Of a stretch of DNA of 64,000 nucleotides, positions 29,733-38,895 are shown in pieces. Positions within the stretch are counted from its first letter, which is position 1; the number at the start of each line of letters is the position of its first letter. The notes beneath the pieces are model-generated. The model saw nothing but the letters and a program-made list of their open reading frames with translations, had not been told where the DNA came from and made no database searches. Source of the stretch: a virus; IMG/VR virus record IMGVR_UViG_3300045971_000385, positions 12,718 to 76,717 of that record. One strand, 5' to 3'. The translations under genes and the position numbers were made by a program.

Positions 29733-30362
29733 ATGAAAGCTGTTAGTAAGGCTAAGAAGTTAGCAGAAAAGGTATCAGAGTTTGATGATATATCTTTAGC
29801 ATCATTAGGAGTACATTTGTTTTTTGGTACAGTTGATGAAACGTCCGTTAAATCGGCAGCAGAATTTTTGCTTAAGTCTCATTTCCTGTTTAAGGAACCT
29901 CGAGAATTATCCTTATTTTTAAACAGTATTGGCGGAAGCTGTTACGATGGATTTGCCTTAACAGACATTATGGAAGTATCTCGTCATCCTGTTAAAACAA
30001 TTGCTATGGGAAATGTATTATCGATGGGTGTTCTTGTTTTATGTGCTGGTGCAAAGGGGAGACGATTGATGACTAAAAATACTCAGGTTATGGTTCATCA
30101 ATTTCACCATACTATTGAAGGTAAATTCCATGAAATGGAAGCAACTTTTAAAGCGCAAGTTTATTTAAAGAAACAATTTCTTACTCACTTTAAACGTCAC
30201 ACAACAATGACAGATAAGCAAATAGAAACTATTATGTTTGGCCCAACTGATTATTGGTTGTCACCGAAAGAATGTTTAGATTACGGTATCATTGATCAAA
30301 TCATAGACGAATTGCCAGATGCAATTCTTAGTCATCGGGAATCTCTGCCTCTTTCCTCTTAA
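29733..30362 (+). CDS. clpP: ClpP-like serine protease (start revised from 29700)
   Basis: LNSIGGS, GNVLSMG (Ser), MVHQ (His), DYWLSPKECLDYGIID. Confidence 0.88.
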   Translation: MKAVSKAKKLAEKVSEFDDISLASLGVHLFFGTVDETSVKSAAEFLLKSHFLFKEPRELSLFLNSIGGSCYDGFALTDIMEVSRHPVKTIAMGNVLSMGVLVLCAGAKGRRLMTKNTQVMVHQFHHTIEGKFHEMEATFKAQVYLKKQFLTHFKRHTTMTDKQIETIMFGPTDYWLSPKECLDYGIIDQIIDELPDAILSHRESLPLSS

Positions 30363-30528
30363 TAGATGCTTCGATAGCTTCTATAAACTTGGCATATTGA
30401 TTGGCGAATGAAGCATTTATTCCGCGCATGGCATAATACTTGTCTGACAAATTAATCTTAACATCATATAACTGCGATAGGGTTAAAGATGGCCATTCAG
30501 ATTGCGGTGGTATTACTGGTGCTGTCAT
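30328..30528 (-). CDS. Small hypothetical late protein
   Basis: AGGAG RBS; TATAAATA at 30559-30552; 35-nt convergent overlap with clpP. Confidence 0.7.
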   Translation of the reverse strand: MTAPVIPPQSEWPSLTLSQLYDVKINLSDKYYAMRGINASFANQYAKFIEAIEASIKRKEAEIPDD

Positions 30529-30551
30529 ATTTGATCTCCTATATGTAGTAT

Positions 30552-30597
30552 TATTTATATGTGTCTAAATCTCATTCTGGTCGAGCATTTATAAATA
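30552..30597. promoter_or_regulatory. Back-to-back divergent late promoters
   Basis: TATAAATA on the minus strand (30559-30552) and on the plus strand (30590-30597). Confidence 0.75.
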
Positions 30598-30627
30598 GAA
30601 TTAGCAACTTTACACTTTGGAAAATAC

Positions 30628-31020
30628 ATGAAGCTTAATGAAATTAAAACTGTTAATGTCGGTGAATATGATTTATCTGAGGGTGTAATACCCGTTCACT
30701 TATCTATGACATTAGATCAAATAATCGATGCTGGTAAAATTACAAATAGTATTCAGACATTCACTCTAGGCGGACTCCTATCTATGTTTAAGGATGGAGG
30801 TCCATTAAGATGGCCTCGAGATTTAAACACCTATGCTATGACAACAAGCTCCGACGTTATTGACGCTGTTAAGAATCTTTCTGATTCCGAAGCTGTTGAG
30901 ATGGCTGAGTGGTTGAAACAACAGTTAGTTAAACCAGTGGAATTTGAAACAGATCCTCAAATGTCACCACAAACTGATATAGTAAAATGGATGAGATACG
31001 TTCTCAAGAAACAAGATTAA
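30628..31020 (+). CDS. Hypothetical late protein (MKLNEI N-terminus)
   Basis: Late promoter upstream. Confidence 0.7.
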   Translation: MKLNEIKTVNVGEYDLSEGVIPVHLSMTLDQIIDAGKITNSIQTFTLGGLLSMFKDGGPLRWPRDLNTYAMTTSSDVIDAVKNLSDSEAVEMAEWLKQQLVKPVEFETDPQMSPQTDIVKWMRYVLKKQD

Positions 31021-31130
31021 AAATTTTTAACGTGAAACTTTTAAAAGGAGATTCAGCTCACACTCGATGAAATTAACACGGCCTGGTGAATGTAAATTAA
31101 ACATAACGCTAACAGTAAGGGGTCAAACGT

Positions 31131-31919
31131 ATGCCACGTAAACAGAAATATCCTCAGCCATTACCTAACGAAACTAAAGTACCAGCTTCTAGCGGAAATG
31201 CAGTAAGGATGAAGCATCAAATTAAGCAAAAAAATATAACTCAAGGATCTTATATTGAGTCTCTTCGTGAACAACCATTAACTATTTGTAGTGGTCCTGC
31301 CGGCTCAGGCAAAACTTATATCGTAACTGCTATTGCTTTAGAGAAACTTATCAAGAATGAAGTTGATAAGATTGTGATCACTCGCCCAGTTGTTGAAGCT
31401 GGTGAAAAGATGGGATTCTTGCCGGGTACACTTGAAGAAAAACTTGATCCTTATTTACGACCAATTATGGATGCAATGGAAGAACATATTGGCGTCATTA
31501 TGGTTAAAAAATTGTTAGAGATTGGCAAAATCGAAATAGCCCCGCTTGCTTTTATGCGTGGAAGAACATTTAATAATTGCTTTGTTATTTTAGATGAAGC
31601 ACAGAATACTACCCCATTACAGATGAAATTATTTTTAACTAGAATGGGATATGAAAGTACATTTGCCGTTAATGGCGATGTGAGTCAGTCAGATCTTACT
31701 AAACCTCGGGATCATGTAGGTTTGTGGGAAACTGGAATCGAGTACGCGGTTAGAAAACTTAAAGGGAGGGATGAAAATATCAATTATATTCAATTCGAAA
31801 ACAAGGACAGTGTCAGATCTGTAATGTGTTTAAGAGTATTAAACCTTTTGGATACGCCAGAACCGAAACTAGTCCCAAATCAACAGAGAGCAGTACTAAT
31901 GGAAGAAAGGGTGTATTAA
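31131..31919 (+). CDS. phoH: PhoH-family ATPase
   Basis: GPAGSGKT, TRPVVEAGE, GFLPG, AFMRGRTF, LDEAQN, TRMG, GDVSQSD. Confidence 0.97.
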   Translation: MPRKQKYPQPLPNETKVPASSGNAVRMKHQIKQKNITQGSYIESLREQPLTICSGPAGSGKTYIVTAIALEKLIKNEVDKIVITRPVVEAGEKMGFLPGTLEEKLDPYLRPIMDAMEEHIGVIMVKKLLEIGKIEIAPLAFMRGRTFNNCFVILDEAQNTTPLQMKLFLTRMGYESTFAVNGDVSQSDLTKPRDHVGLWETGIEYAVRKLKGRDENINYIQFENKDSVRSVMCLRVLNLLDTPEPKLVPNQQRAVLMEERVY

Positions 31920-31986
31920 ATTTATTCATAGACAGACCCATTCGGTACTGCACTACATTAAATTGTTACATTTTATTAATAGGACG

Positions 31987-32020
31987 GGGAGAACGCAAGG
32001 AGGCGTTCTCCCTTGTTTTT
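31987..32020 (+). terminator. Intrinsic terminator followed by late promoter TATAAATA (32020-32027)
   Basis: GGGAGAACGC-aaggag-GCGTTCTCCC then TTGTTTTT. Confidence 0.8.
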
Positions 32021-32105
32021 ATAAATATGTTTATCTATCTTTCTAGGTAAATACCGGACTCCTAGAAAAATCATATATTTGTGAGCCGGCACATATGGAG
32101 AAGTA

Positions 32106-34916
32106 ATGAGCTATAAAATCGACTGGCAGAGTAATGATGCAGAAGGGATGCCCGGCAAAGCGGCAATAACCTTACCTAATAAGACCCTTAATACAACATC
32201 TACATCTCTTACTTTAACAGGTAAAGGTATCAATAATTACGGTGAAATTCAGCAAGAAAATTTCTTGCATTTAATGGAACATTTTTCATCTGGAGTTCCA
32301 CCTCAAAATCCTACTATAGGTCAAATTTGGTTTAACACAGCCGAAACAATTTTATACATGCGAGTGGATCCAGCAGTAGTTGGTCCTATGCATCCTCTTT
32401 ATCATCCTCAGAGTCCAGCAGCATGGGTTCAAATTTGGCCAGACAGTGGTGCAAATACTTATGCTGGTCTTGCAGAATATAATGCACTAGGAATAGAAAT
32501 AAATCGTATTATTGGTTTACCATCTGTATTTGGATCTCAGCCTGATTCTGCATATGAGCAGTGGGGTTGGGGACAAAATGATTTAGTTCCAATTTATGAC
32601 AATGTAAACACATTGGCTGCTGGTTTTAGTCCAGCTATTTTCCCACCTGTGTTTGATAATAATGCGTGGGTTATTCTTCTTTCTCGTTTACGAAAAGCAT
32701 TGAGACATGTTGGTATAAGTGAAATGCAAGCGTCACCAATAGGTTTTATAAATGATAACCGTCCTTTTGGTCCATTAGGAAATGCCTTAGCTAATGATTA
32801 TAATGATTATCCTGCTGTTGGAACATTAGCTGATTATAAGGCTGGTTGGCAAAATTTCGGAACTGCTACAGTTCAATTACATTATGCTAATACACTAAAT
32901 TCAATATCATCGCTTATTGGTGGTAGGTTTACAGCTTCACCTCTGTCAACCGAAATGTTAACACTTGGAACAGTTTCTAGATCAGCTCCTTGGACCTCAT
33001 CTGTATCTCAAAGTGTGTCAATGACATTCGCAACACATGATAATGCTAGATCATATTTTAATTCTGGTGGCACATTTGCTTTCAATTTTAATCTAGCATC
33101 ACCTGGTGCAGATATGTTAAGCGCATCATGGGCAAATTTCTTATCAAATCAGAGTAATTTAATATTTGATTTTAAAGGCGTTAGACATGGAACCACATAT
33201 CATAATGGTCCAGCTGGAGTTCCAAGTCTAGGATTCTATGATTTGACAACTACGCCTCAATTGATATATGAAGTAAAGAGAAATTATGGTGGCGCTTATT
33301 ATTCAATATACGATGGTGGCCTACAAATATTCTCACATAAAATTTACAATGGTGATGGCACATGCACAATTAATTTCAATATTGTTTTTGCTGAGGCTCC
33401 ATATCCGGGCGAATCAGTAACAGGCACATTGACATCTTCTCAAATAGCATTTAAAGCGAATTCTTTAAATGTTAATTCTCCATTAATTTCTTATCCAAGT
33501 TGGACAGGTTCTTCAATAGATAATGTAGTACCGGCCCCAGCGCCTGGTCCAGCAGAAGGAACAGGTAGTGGTTCTGGTGGCTCAGGAGGTGGTGGTTCTG
33601 GTGGCTTTAGTATTACATCCTCAACAACTAATGTGAATGAGGGCGGTTCTGTAACATTCAATTTCATTACTAGTGGAATTGCTAATGGACAACCGGTATA
33701 TTGGACTATAACTGGTTCTAATAATTCAAGCGATTTTGTAGGTGGAGTTTCATCTGGTAATGTAATTGTTAATTCTAATGCTGCATCACTAGTACTAACT
33801 TTAGCCAACGATTTAACAACAGAAGGAACGGAATCCTTTGCATTACAACTTAGAACCGGTGGACTTGCTGGAACAATAATGGCTATTAGTAATACCATTT
33901 ATGTTGTAGATACTTCCATAACTCCAGCGCCAGTACCAACAGTTACGGGTGTAGAAATTCGTAAATTGAGTAATTCTGGTTCACCTGCTAATTTCTCAAT
34001 AAATGAAAATTCATCAGTTAATTTATATGCGATGGTTCTATATTCAGATTCTAGTTCAGCTCCATACAGTAATGTTATAGGATCAAATATTACTTGGTCA
34101 GAAACTAATCCTTATGTCACATTAACAGGAGCATCTGGAAACCAAATAACATTGAACACCTTGTCAGTACCTGCTGATCAAGCTGCGCAATCTGTTACTG
34201 TATCTATAACAACGTCGGCAGGTGTATTCACTGATACAGTAAATGTTGCAGTTTTAGATGTTCCAGTGACATATGCTGGTTTACAGATAAGACGTAATTC
34301 AAATGCTGGGCCTGATATGAATGGATCAACATTGATAGAAGGGACAAATGTTATAGTTTATGTTGTTAAATTATGGTCAGACGGTACTTCGACTGCATAT
34401 CCAAATAGCAATCTAACATGGGCGGCGATACCAGTCGACAGCAATGGAACGATGTTAACATTGTCTAGTCAATCTGGAAATACTATCTTTGTTACAGCAC
34501 CACAAGTATCAAGCAATGGTAATTATGGTGGACTATCGGTAACTGGTGGAAATCCTGGTGAATCTACTGCTGCAAATATCTATGTTTTAGACTCAGCAAC
34601 TCCTGACAGAGCGCCTACTGTATCTAATGCTAGAATAAAGCTTCAAGGTCAACCAGCTGGAAATTCTAATATATTTGTAACGCATCCATCTACATTAGCT
34701 GCTGATTATACATTTGATCAAGGTCAGCCTGCAAATTATGCTACGTACGTATGGTATAGAAGTGGAGTACCTATTAGCGGATTAGATCAATATAGTGGTG
34801 CATATGCGACTCAGTCTGCAGATATAGGAAATTCTATAACTTACACTGTAACATTATCTAATTATCTAGGTACAGTATCTTCAACGTCTTCAAATAGTGC
34901 TGTTGTATCCGCATAA
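32106..34916 (+). CDS. Baseplate/fibre structural protein with Calx-beta/Ig-like C-terminal domains
   Basis: YGEIQQENFLHLME..P..GQIWFN N-terminus; VNEGGSVTF..DLTTEGTESF; Gly/Ser linker. Confidence 0.7.
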   Translation: MSYKIDWQSNDAEGMPGKAAITLPNKTLNTTSTSLTLTGKGINNYGEIQQENFLHLMEHFSSGVPPQNPTIGQIWFNTAETILYMRVDPAVVGPMHPLYHPQSPAAWVQIWPDSGANTYAGLAEYNALGIEINRIIGLPSVFGSQPDSAYEQWGWGQNDLVPIYDNVNTLAAGFSPAIFPPVFDNNAWVILLSRLRKALRHVGISEMQASPIGFINDNRPFGPLGNALANDYNDYPAVGTLADYKAGWQNFGTATVQLHYANTLNSISSLIGGRFTASPLSTEMLTLGTVSRSAPWTSSVSQSVSMTFATHDNARSYFNSGGTFAFNFNLASPGADMLSASWANFLSNQSNLIFDFKGVRHGTTYHNGPAGVPSLGFYDLTTTPQLIYEVKRNYGGAYYSIYDGGLQIFSHKIYNGDGTCTINFNIVFAEAPYPGESVTGTLTSSQIAFKANSLNVNSPLISYPSWTGSSIDNVVPAPAPGPAEGTGSGSGGSGGGGSGGFSITSSTTNVNEGGSVTFNFITSGIANGQPVYWTITGSNNSSDFVGGVSSGNVIVNSNAASLVLTLANDLTTEGTESFALQLRTGGLAGTIMAISNTIYVVDTSITPAPVPTVTGVEIRKLSNSGSPANFSINENSSVNLYAMVLYSDSSSAPYSNVIGSNITWSETNPYVTLTGASGNQITLNTLSVPADQAAQSVTVSITTSAGVFTDTVNVAVLDVPVTYAGLQIRRNSNAGPDMNGSTLIEGTNVIVYVVKLWSDGTSTAYPNSNLTWAAIPVDSNGTMLTLSSQSGNTIFVTAPQVSSNGNYGGLSVTGGNPGESTAANIYVLDSATPDRAPTVSNARIKLQGQPAGNSNIFVTHPSTLAADYTFDQGQPANYATYVWYRSGVPISGLDQYSGAYATQSADIGNSITYTVTLSNYLGTVSSTSSNSAVVSA

Positions 34917-34943
34917 TTATCTGATCGTGCAATTGAGGTAAAT

Positions 34944-34971
34944 AAAAGAAACGCTTAAACGCGTTTCTTTT
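34944..34971 (+). terminator. Terminator hairpin overlapped by late TAAATA box (34939-34944)
   Basis: AAAAGAAACGC-ttaaac-GCGTTTCTTTT. Confidence 0.75.
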
Positions 34972-34996
34972 ACCATCTTCATAAGGAATAACATAA

Positions 34997-35380
34997 ATGT
35001 CAAAAACTAATCCTGACCTTCAGGCAGCAATTGATACGCGTCTAGAAGAAGCTATGAAAACCCAGACATACAGGTTAACTTTAGCTACACAAAAAGAAAA
35101 TGCTAGATTGAAATTATCAAATGATTTAACATTTGCTGTAAATGGTGGATCTTTTATTGTATCAATGGAACTTATTTCTTTTATCTCAATCTTAATAATG
35201 GCTGGGAAAAATGAAACTATTCTACTTGACATGCATCAAAACCCAATTCAAATTGACGATCTAAATGAGTTTGTTGAATCAATTATGAATGTGTATTTTG
35301 AGAGCACCAATACATTCTTTCTAGAATTTAATAAGCTACAAAAATTAAGAACTCCCAAGGCAATATTAGGAGTAAAATAA
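34997..35380 (+). CDS. Hypothetical protein heading the glycosyltransferase operon
   Basis: AAGGA RBS; NGGSF..ELISF..LLD..NPI. Confidence 0.7.
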   Translation: MSKTNPDLQAAIDTRLEEAMKTQTYRLTLATQKENARLKLSNDLTFAVNGGSFIVSMELISFISILIMAGKNETILLDMHQNPIQIDDLNEFVESIMNVYFESTNTFFLEFNKLQKLRTPKAILGVK

Positions 35381-36267
35381 TGTCAAGAGGCATTGTAATT
35401 TTTGGCGTTAATAATGAGCGAGTTGATTATGTTCAACTTGCTATTATGGCCGCATCATTTGTTAAAAAGAATATGCCCGGAACTGATGTGTGTTTAATAT
35501 CAGATGAAAATTCGGTTGTTGTATCAGGTGGAAGAGATGAACTATTAAAAACATTTAGTCACATTCAAATAATTCCAGAGAATACAGTAGAGCAATTTGA
35601 AAACAAACGAGCATACAAAGACACTCAATACTACCACGTACTAGATCGATTCAGAAATGAAACTAGATCATTAGTATACAACCTATCTCCCTTTGAAGAA
35701 ACATTATTAATTGATAGTGATTTTCTTATTATGAATAACAATCTTAGTAAGGTGTGGGGTAGTGTAGAAGAGGTTATGATCAATCATCAAGCTATAGGAT
35801 TAGCACATAATCAATTACATGGACAAGAGTTTAGATTGAATCCATTTGGTATAAAAATGTACTGGGCTACCTTAATTTATTTTCGTAAGGGTGAAAAAGC
35901 TCAGACTCTTTTTAACTTGGTAGATCATATTAAAGATAATTGGGATTTTTATAAGCTAACATATGATTTTCCGAATTTACTATTTAGGAATGATTATGCA
36001 TTTTCAATTGCCATTCATATCTTAAATGGATTTTTAGAGAATAGCAATTATGTTGTATCTCTTCCAGAACCAACTATTCTAAGCGCGTTAGATATAGATC
36101 AATTTTTTGACATTCAATCGCCAACTGAAATATGTTTATTTGCTAATGATATGAAAGAATCTTGGAAGTTCTCAGCAATTAAAACTAAAGGTTTAAATGT
36201 TCATTGTATGAATAAGCTTTCTTTGATTAATCATATGGACAAAATAATGGGAATACTAAATGAGTAA
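35380..36267 (+). CDS. GT-A fold (GT8-like) glycosyltransferase
   Basis: YVQLA..A.FVK, SPFEETLLIDSD (DxD), WATLIYF, FRNDYAFSIA. Confidence 0.7.
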   Translation: MSRGIVIFGVNNERVDYVQLAIMAASFVKKNMPGTDVCLISDENSVVVSGGRDELLKTFSHIQIIPENTVEQFENKRAYKDTQYYHVLDRFRNETRSLVYNLSPFEETLLIDSDFLIMNNNLSKVWGSVEEVMINHQAIGLAHNQLHGQEFRLNPFGIKMYWATLIYFRKGEKAQTLFNLVDHIKDNWDFYKLTYDFPNLLFRNDYAFSIAIHILNGFLENSNYVVSLPEPTILSALDIDQFFDIQSPTEICLFANDMKESWKFSAIKTKGLNVHCMNKLSLINHMDKIMGILNE

Positions 36268-37120
36268 AGGTTATTTTACTATAGCTCAGGGACAGACATA
36301 TCAGCGCCTTGCATATGCTTTAGCTTTATCACTAAAAATATCTCAGCCTACTGGATATAATTCACTTGCTATTGGTGTAACGCCTAAAGAATTGCCATTT
36401 GTTAATCCTAAGTATCTAGAAGTCTTTGATGCAGTAGTTCCAATTCCATGGAAAGATAGTGCTATTAATAGCTCATGGAAATTAGAGAATGAATGGAAAG
36501 CCATTCACATGACTCCTTATGACGAGACAATTAAATTAGATGCTGACATGTTATTCCCAGCAGATGTTAGTCATTGGTGGAAATACTTGGAACTTAGTGA
36601 TGGCGTATTTGCTACACAAGCTCATACATATAGAGGTCATATAGCTGAGTCTGATTATTACAGAAAAACATTCACTGAAAACAATTTGCCAAATGTATAT
36701 TCGGCTATGTTTTATTTTAAAAAGAATGATGTCAATTTTGAATTTTTCGAAATAGCAGAACATATTTTTAATAACTGGGAAAGATATTTTTATGATTTCT
36801 TGGCTACAGAAAATAGACCTAAGATAGTATCTACCGATGTAGTGTTCGCTATCGCAGCAAAAATTATGGACTATCAACAATATAATAAAACGCCACAGCT
36901 TCACTGTCCATCTTTTGTTCATATGAAGACTAGATTGCAGGATTGGCCTGACGATCAATTTATGTCTGAGGATTGGACTAAAATGATTCCTCATTATTTC
37001 GATAAGAGAGGTAATTTAAAAGTTGGAAATTATGCTCAGATATTACCATTTCATTATCACGTAAAAGATTTTATAACGGATAAAATTATAGAAAATATGG
37101 AAAAGAGGTTAGGCATATGA
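36260..37120 (+). CDS. GT-A fold (GT8-like) glycosyltransferase, paralog of the upstream gene
   Basis: YQRLAYALALSLK, TPYDETIKLDAD (DxD), YSAMFYF, STDVVFAIA, FHYH. Confidence 0.7.
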   Translation: MSKGYFTIAQGQTYQRLAYALALSLKISQPTGYNSLAIGVTPKELPFVNPKYLEVFDAVVPIPWKDSAINSSWKLENEWKAIHMTPYDETIKLDADMLFPADVSHWWKYLELSDGVFATQAHTYRGHIAESDYYRKTFTENNLPNVYSAMFYFKKNDVNFEFFEIAEHIFNNWERYFYDFLATENRPKIVSTDVVFAIAAKIMDYQQYNKTPQLHCPSFVHMKTRLQDWPDDQFMSEDWTKMIPHYFDKRGNLKVGNYAQILPFHYHVKDFITDKIIENMEKRLGI

Positions 37121-37770
37121 ACATAATGGATTTTATTAATCAGCTAGTAACTGGGTCGGCTCAGTCTGAGCCGCCTGTAGTAGTTAAGTCTACTAATAAA
37201 TTTTATGCGCATATTGATACTCAACAGATTTCTATATGCGCAATCTCTCCATCAGAATCCGATGATAGACATATTAGAAATGTAGAAATTGATAGTGAAA
37301 CTGCAATTAAATTTTTATCTGGTGAGGAAGCTTTATCTGGCTGGGAAGTTTTAATTGCTGGTGAGGAATATAAAATTAGTAAAAATGTTAAAACTGGTAG
37401 AGCGGTTTATAATAGAGTTGAAATTCAACCTATTACTGAAGTTACTTGGCTAGAAGAATCTAAAAAGAAATTAACATCCGAGGACATCCTTATCAGCATA
37501 AGTCATAAGAATAAAACTGCTAGCATTCATTATGATGGTAGTAAAATCTCTAATTGGGCAAGACCTGCTAAATTATATTTTACTGGAGAAGGGGATCCAT
37601 CATACCTGAAATGTGCATTTACCTTAGATATAAATATCATCAATGACATTATGGTAGCTAATAAATTATCTAGATGGCCGAATCCAATTATATTGCCGCT
37701 ATCGGATACTACTGATATATCTGTCTACACAATTAAATCCAATCTTATTATAAATTTAAATCACATATGA
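37117..37770 (+). CDS. Hypothetical protein in the GT operon
   Basis: ATGA-coupled on both sides. Confidence 0.7.
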   Translation: MNIMDFINQLVTGSAQSEPPVVVKSTNKFYAHIDTQQISICAISPSESDDRHIRNVEIDSETAIKFLSGEEALSGWEVLIAGEEYKISKNVKTGRAVYNRVEIQPITEVTWLEESKKKLTSEDILISISHKNKTASIHYDGSKISNWARPAKLYFTGEGDPSYLKCAFTLDINIINDIMVANKLSRWPNPIILPLSDTTDISVYTIKSNLIINLNHI

Positions 37771-38735
37771 AACATTCTATAAATGAATTTGACATTTTCT
37801 ATCTGTCATACGATGAACCGCAAAAAGAAGAATTTTGGGCTAAACTTGTTGATATTTTTCCATGGGCACAGCGTATTGACGGAGTAAAAGGTTTTGATGC
37901 TGCCCATAAAGCCTGCGCCGATGCATCAACAACAGATAGATTTATCACTGTTGACGGAGATAATTTGGTATATCCGAACTTCTTAGATATTGAAATTGAT
38001 ATCCCAGATAAATTAGCTGATGCTTCTTTAAGTTGGGGTGCTAAGAATATTGTTAATGGATTATGTTATGGTAATGGTGGATTAAAACTCTGGACTAAAG
38101 AGTTTGTTCTTAAAATGAGAACGCATGAAGCTGCAACTAAGGATGAAGAGAAGGTTGATTTCTGTTGGGATGATAAATATGTTCAACTCAATAATACATA
38201 TTCAGATACTTATATCAATGGTTCTCCATTCCAAGCCTTTAGAGCTGGATTTAGAGAAGGTGTTAAGATGACTTTAGATCGCGGTGTTAAAGCAGGAGAA
38301 GGAACAATATCTAAACACATGCATTCTAAAAATTATAATCGTCTGCTAATTTGGGCATCAATAGGCCAAGATGTAGAGAATGGAATTTGGGCAATCTATG
38401 GAACACGATTAGGAATATATCAAGCTAACATCAATAAAGATTTTGACATCGCACAAATATCAGACTATGATTGGTTTAAAAAATACTATCACGAAGAGAT
38501 TGCTACTAAGTTCGTAAAAGATGGTGAGAAAAGATGTTGGAGAACTGGACAAGTTTGGAATGAGCACACATTAAAAGCTGCTTCTACTGCTCTACTTGAA
38601 CCACTTAAGAAACAATTAGGAATGAATCTTGCGGATTTGGATGCAACTCAATCGCTATTCTTTAAAACCGTATATGAATCTCCGCGAAGAAATAACAATC
38701 CAGTAATGACGGAATCTGAAGCTGACAGACTTTAA
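37767..38735 (+). CDS. GT-A-like glycosyltransferase
   Basis: LSYDEP, DGVKGFDAAHKACA, FITVDGD, YGNGGLK, AFRAGFREGVK. Confidence 0.65.
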   Translation: MKHSINEFDIFYLSYDEPQKEEFWAKLVDIFPWAQRIDGVKGFDAAHKACADASTTDRFITVDGDNLVYPNFLDIEIDIPDKLADASLSWGAKNIVNGLCYGNGGLKLWTKEFVLKMRTHEAATKDEEKVDFCWDDKYVQLNNTYSDTYINGSPFQAFRAGFREGVKMTLDRGVKAGEGTISKHMHSKNYNRLLIWASIGQDVENGIWAIYGTRLGIYQANINKDFDIAQISDYDWFKKYYHEEIATKFVKDGEKRCWRTGQVWNEHTLKAASTALLEPLKKQLGMNLADLDATQSLFFKTVYESPRRNNNPVMTESEADRL

Positions 38736-38755
38736 TAACATTTAAATAACTAAAT

Positions 38756-38833
38756 TGTAACAGTTTTATATCAAAATGATAACAAAACTGTTACACTCTT
38801 TTTGTTTACATCCTGACGGTTTCATGATATAAT
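38756..38833 (+). promoter_or_regulatory. Early promoter cassette with 12-bp inverted repeat
   Basis: TGTAACAGTTTT(38756)/AAAACTGTTACA(38784); GTTTAC(38804)-N18-TATAAT(38828). Confidence 0.85.
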
Positions 38834-38895
38834 GTATCTACAAACTGATTAACTTAGTTGGTTTGACTAAACTATTTAATTATTAAAGGATTGAA

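Noticed and set aside
31021-31141. Possible leader peptide or ncRNA upstream of phoH (ATG 31067, 24 codons)
   Set aside because: The AGGAG is about 16 nt from the ATG and no convincing structure or Pho box is visible
31826-32050. Alternative-frame ORF overlapping the phoH 3' end
   Set aside because: It crosses a terminator and a late promoter, and no RBS is evident
32040-32100. Hairpins in the leader of the 936-aa gene as a riboswitch
   Set aside because: Short stems only (TTTCTAGG/CCTAGAAA); no recognisable aptamer
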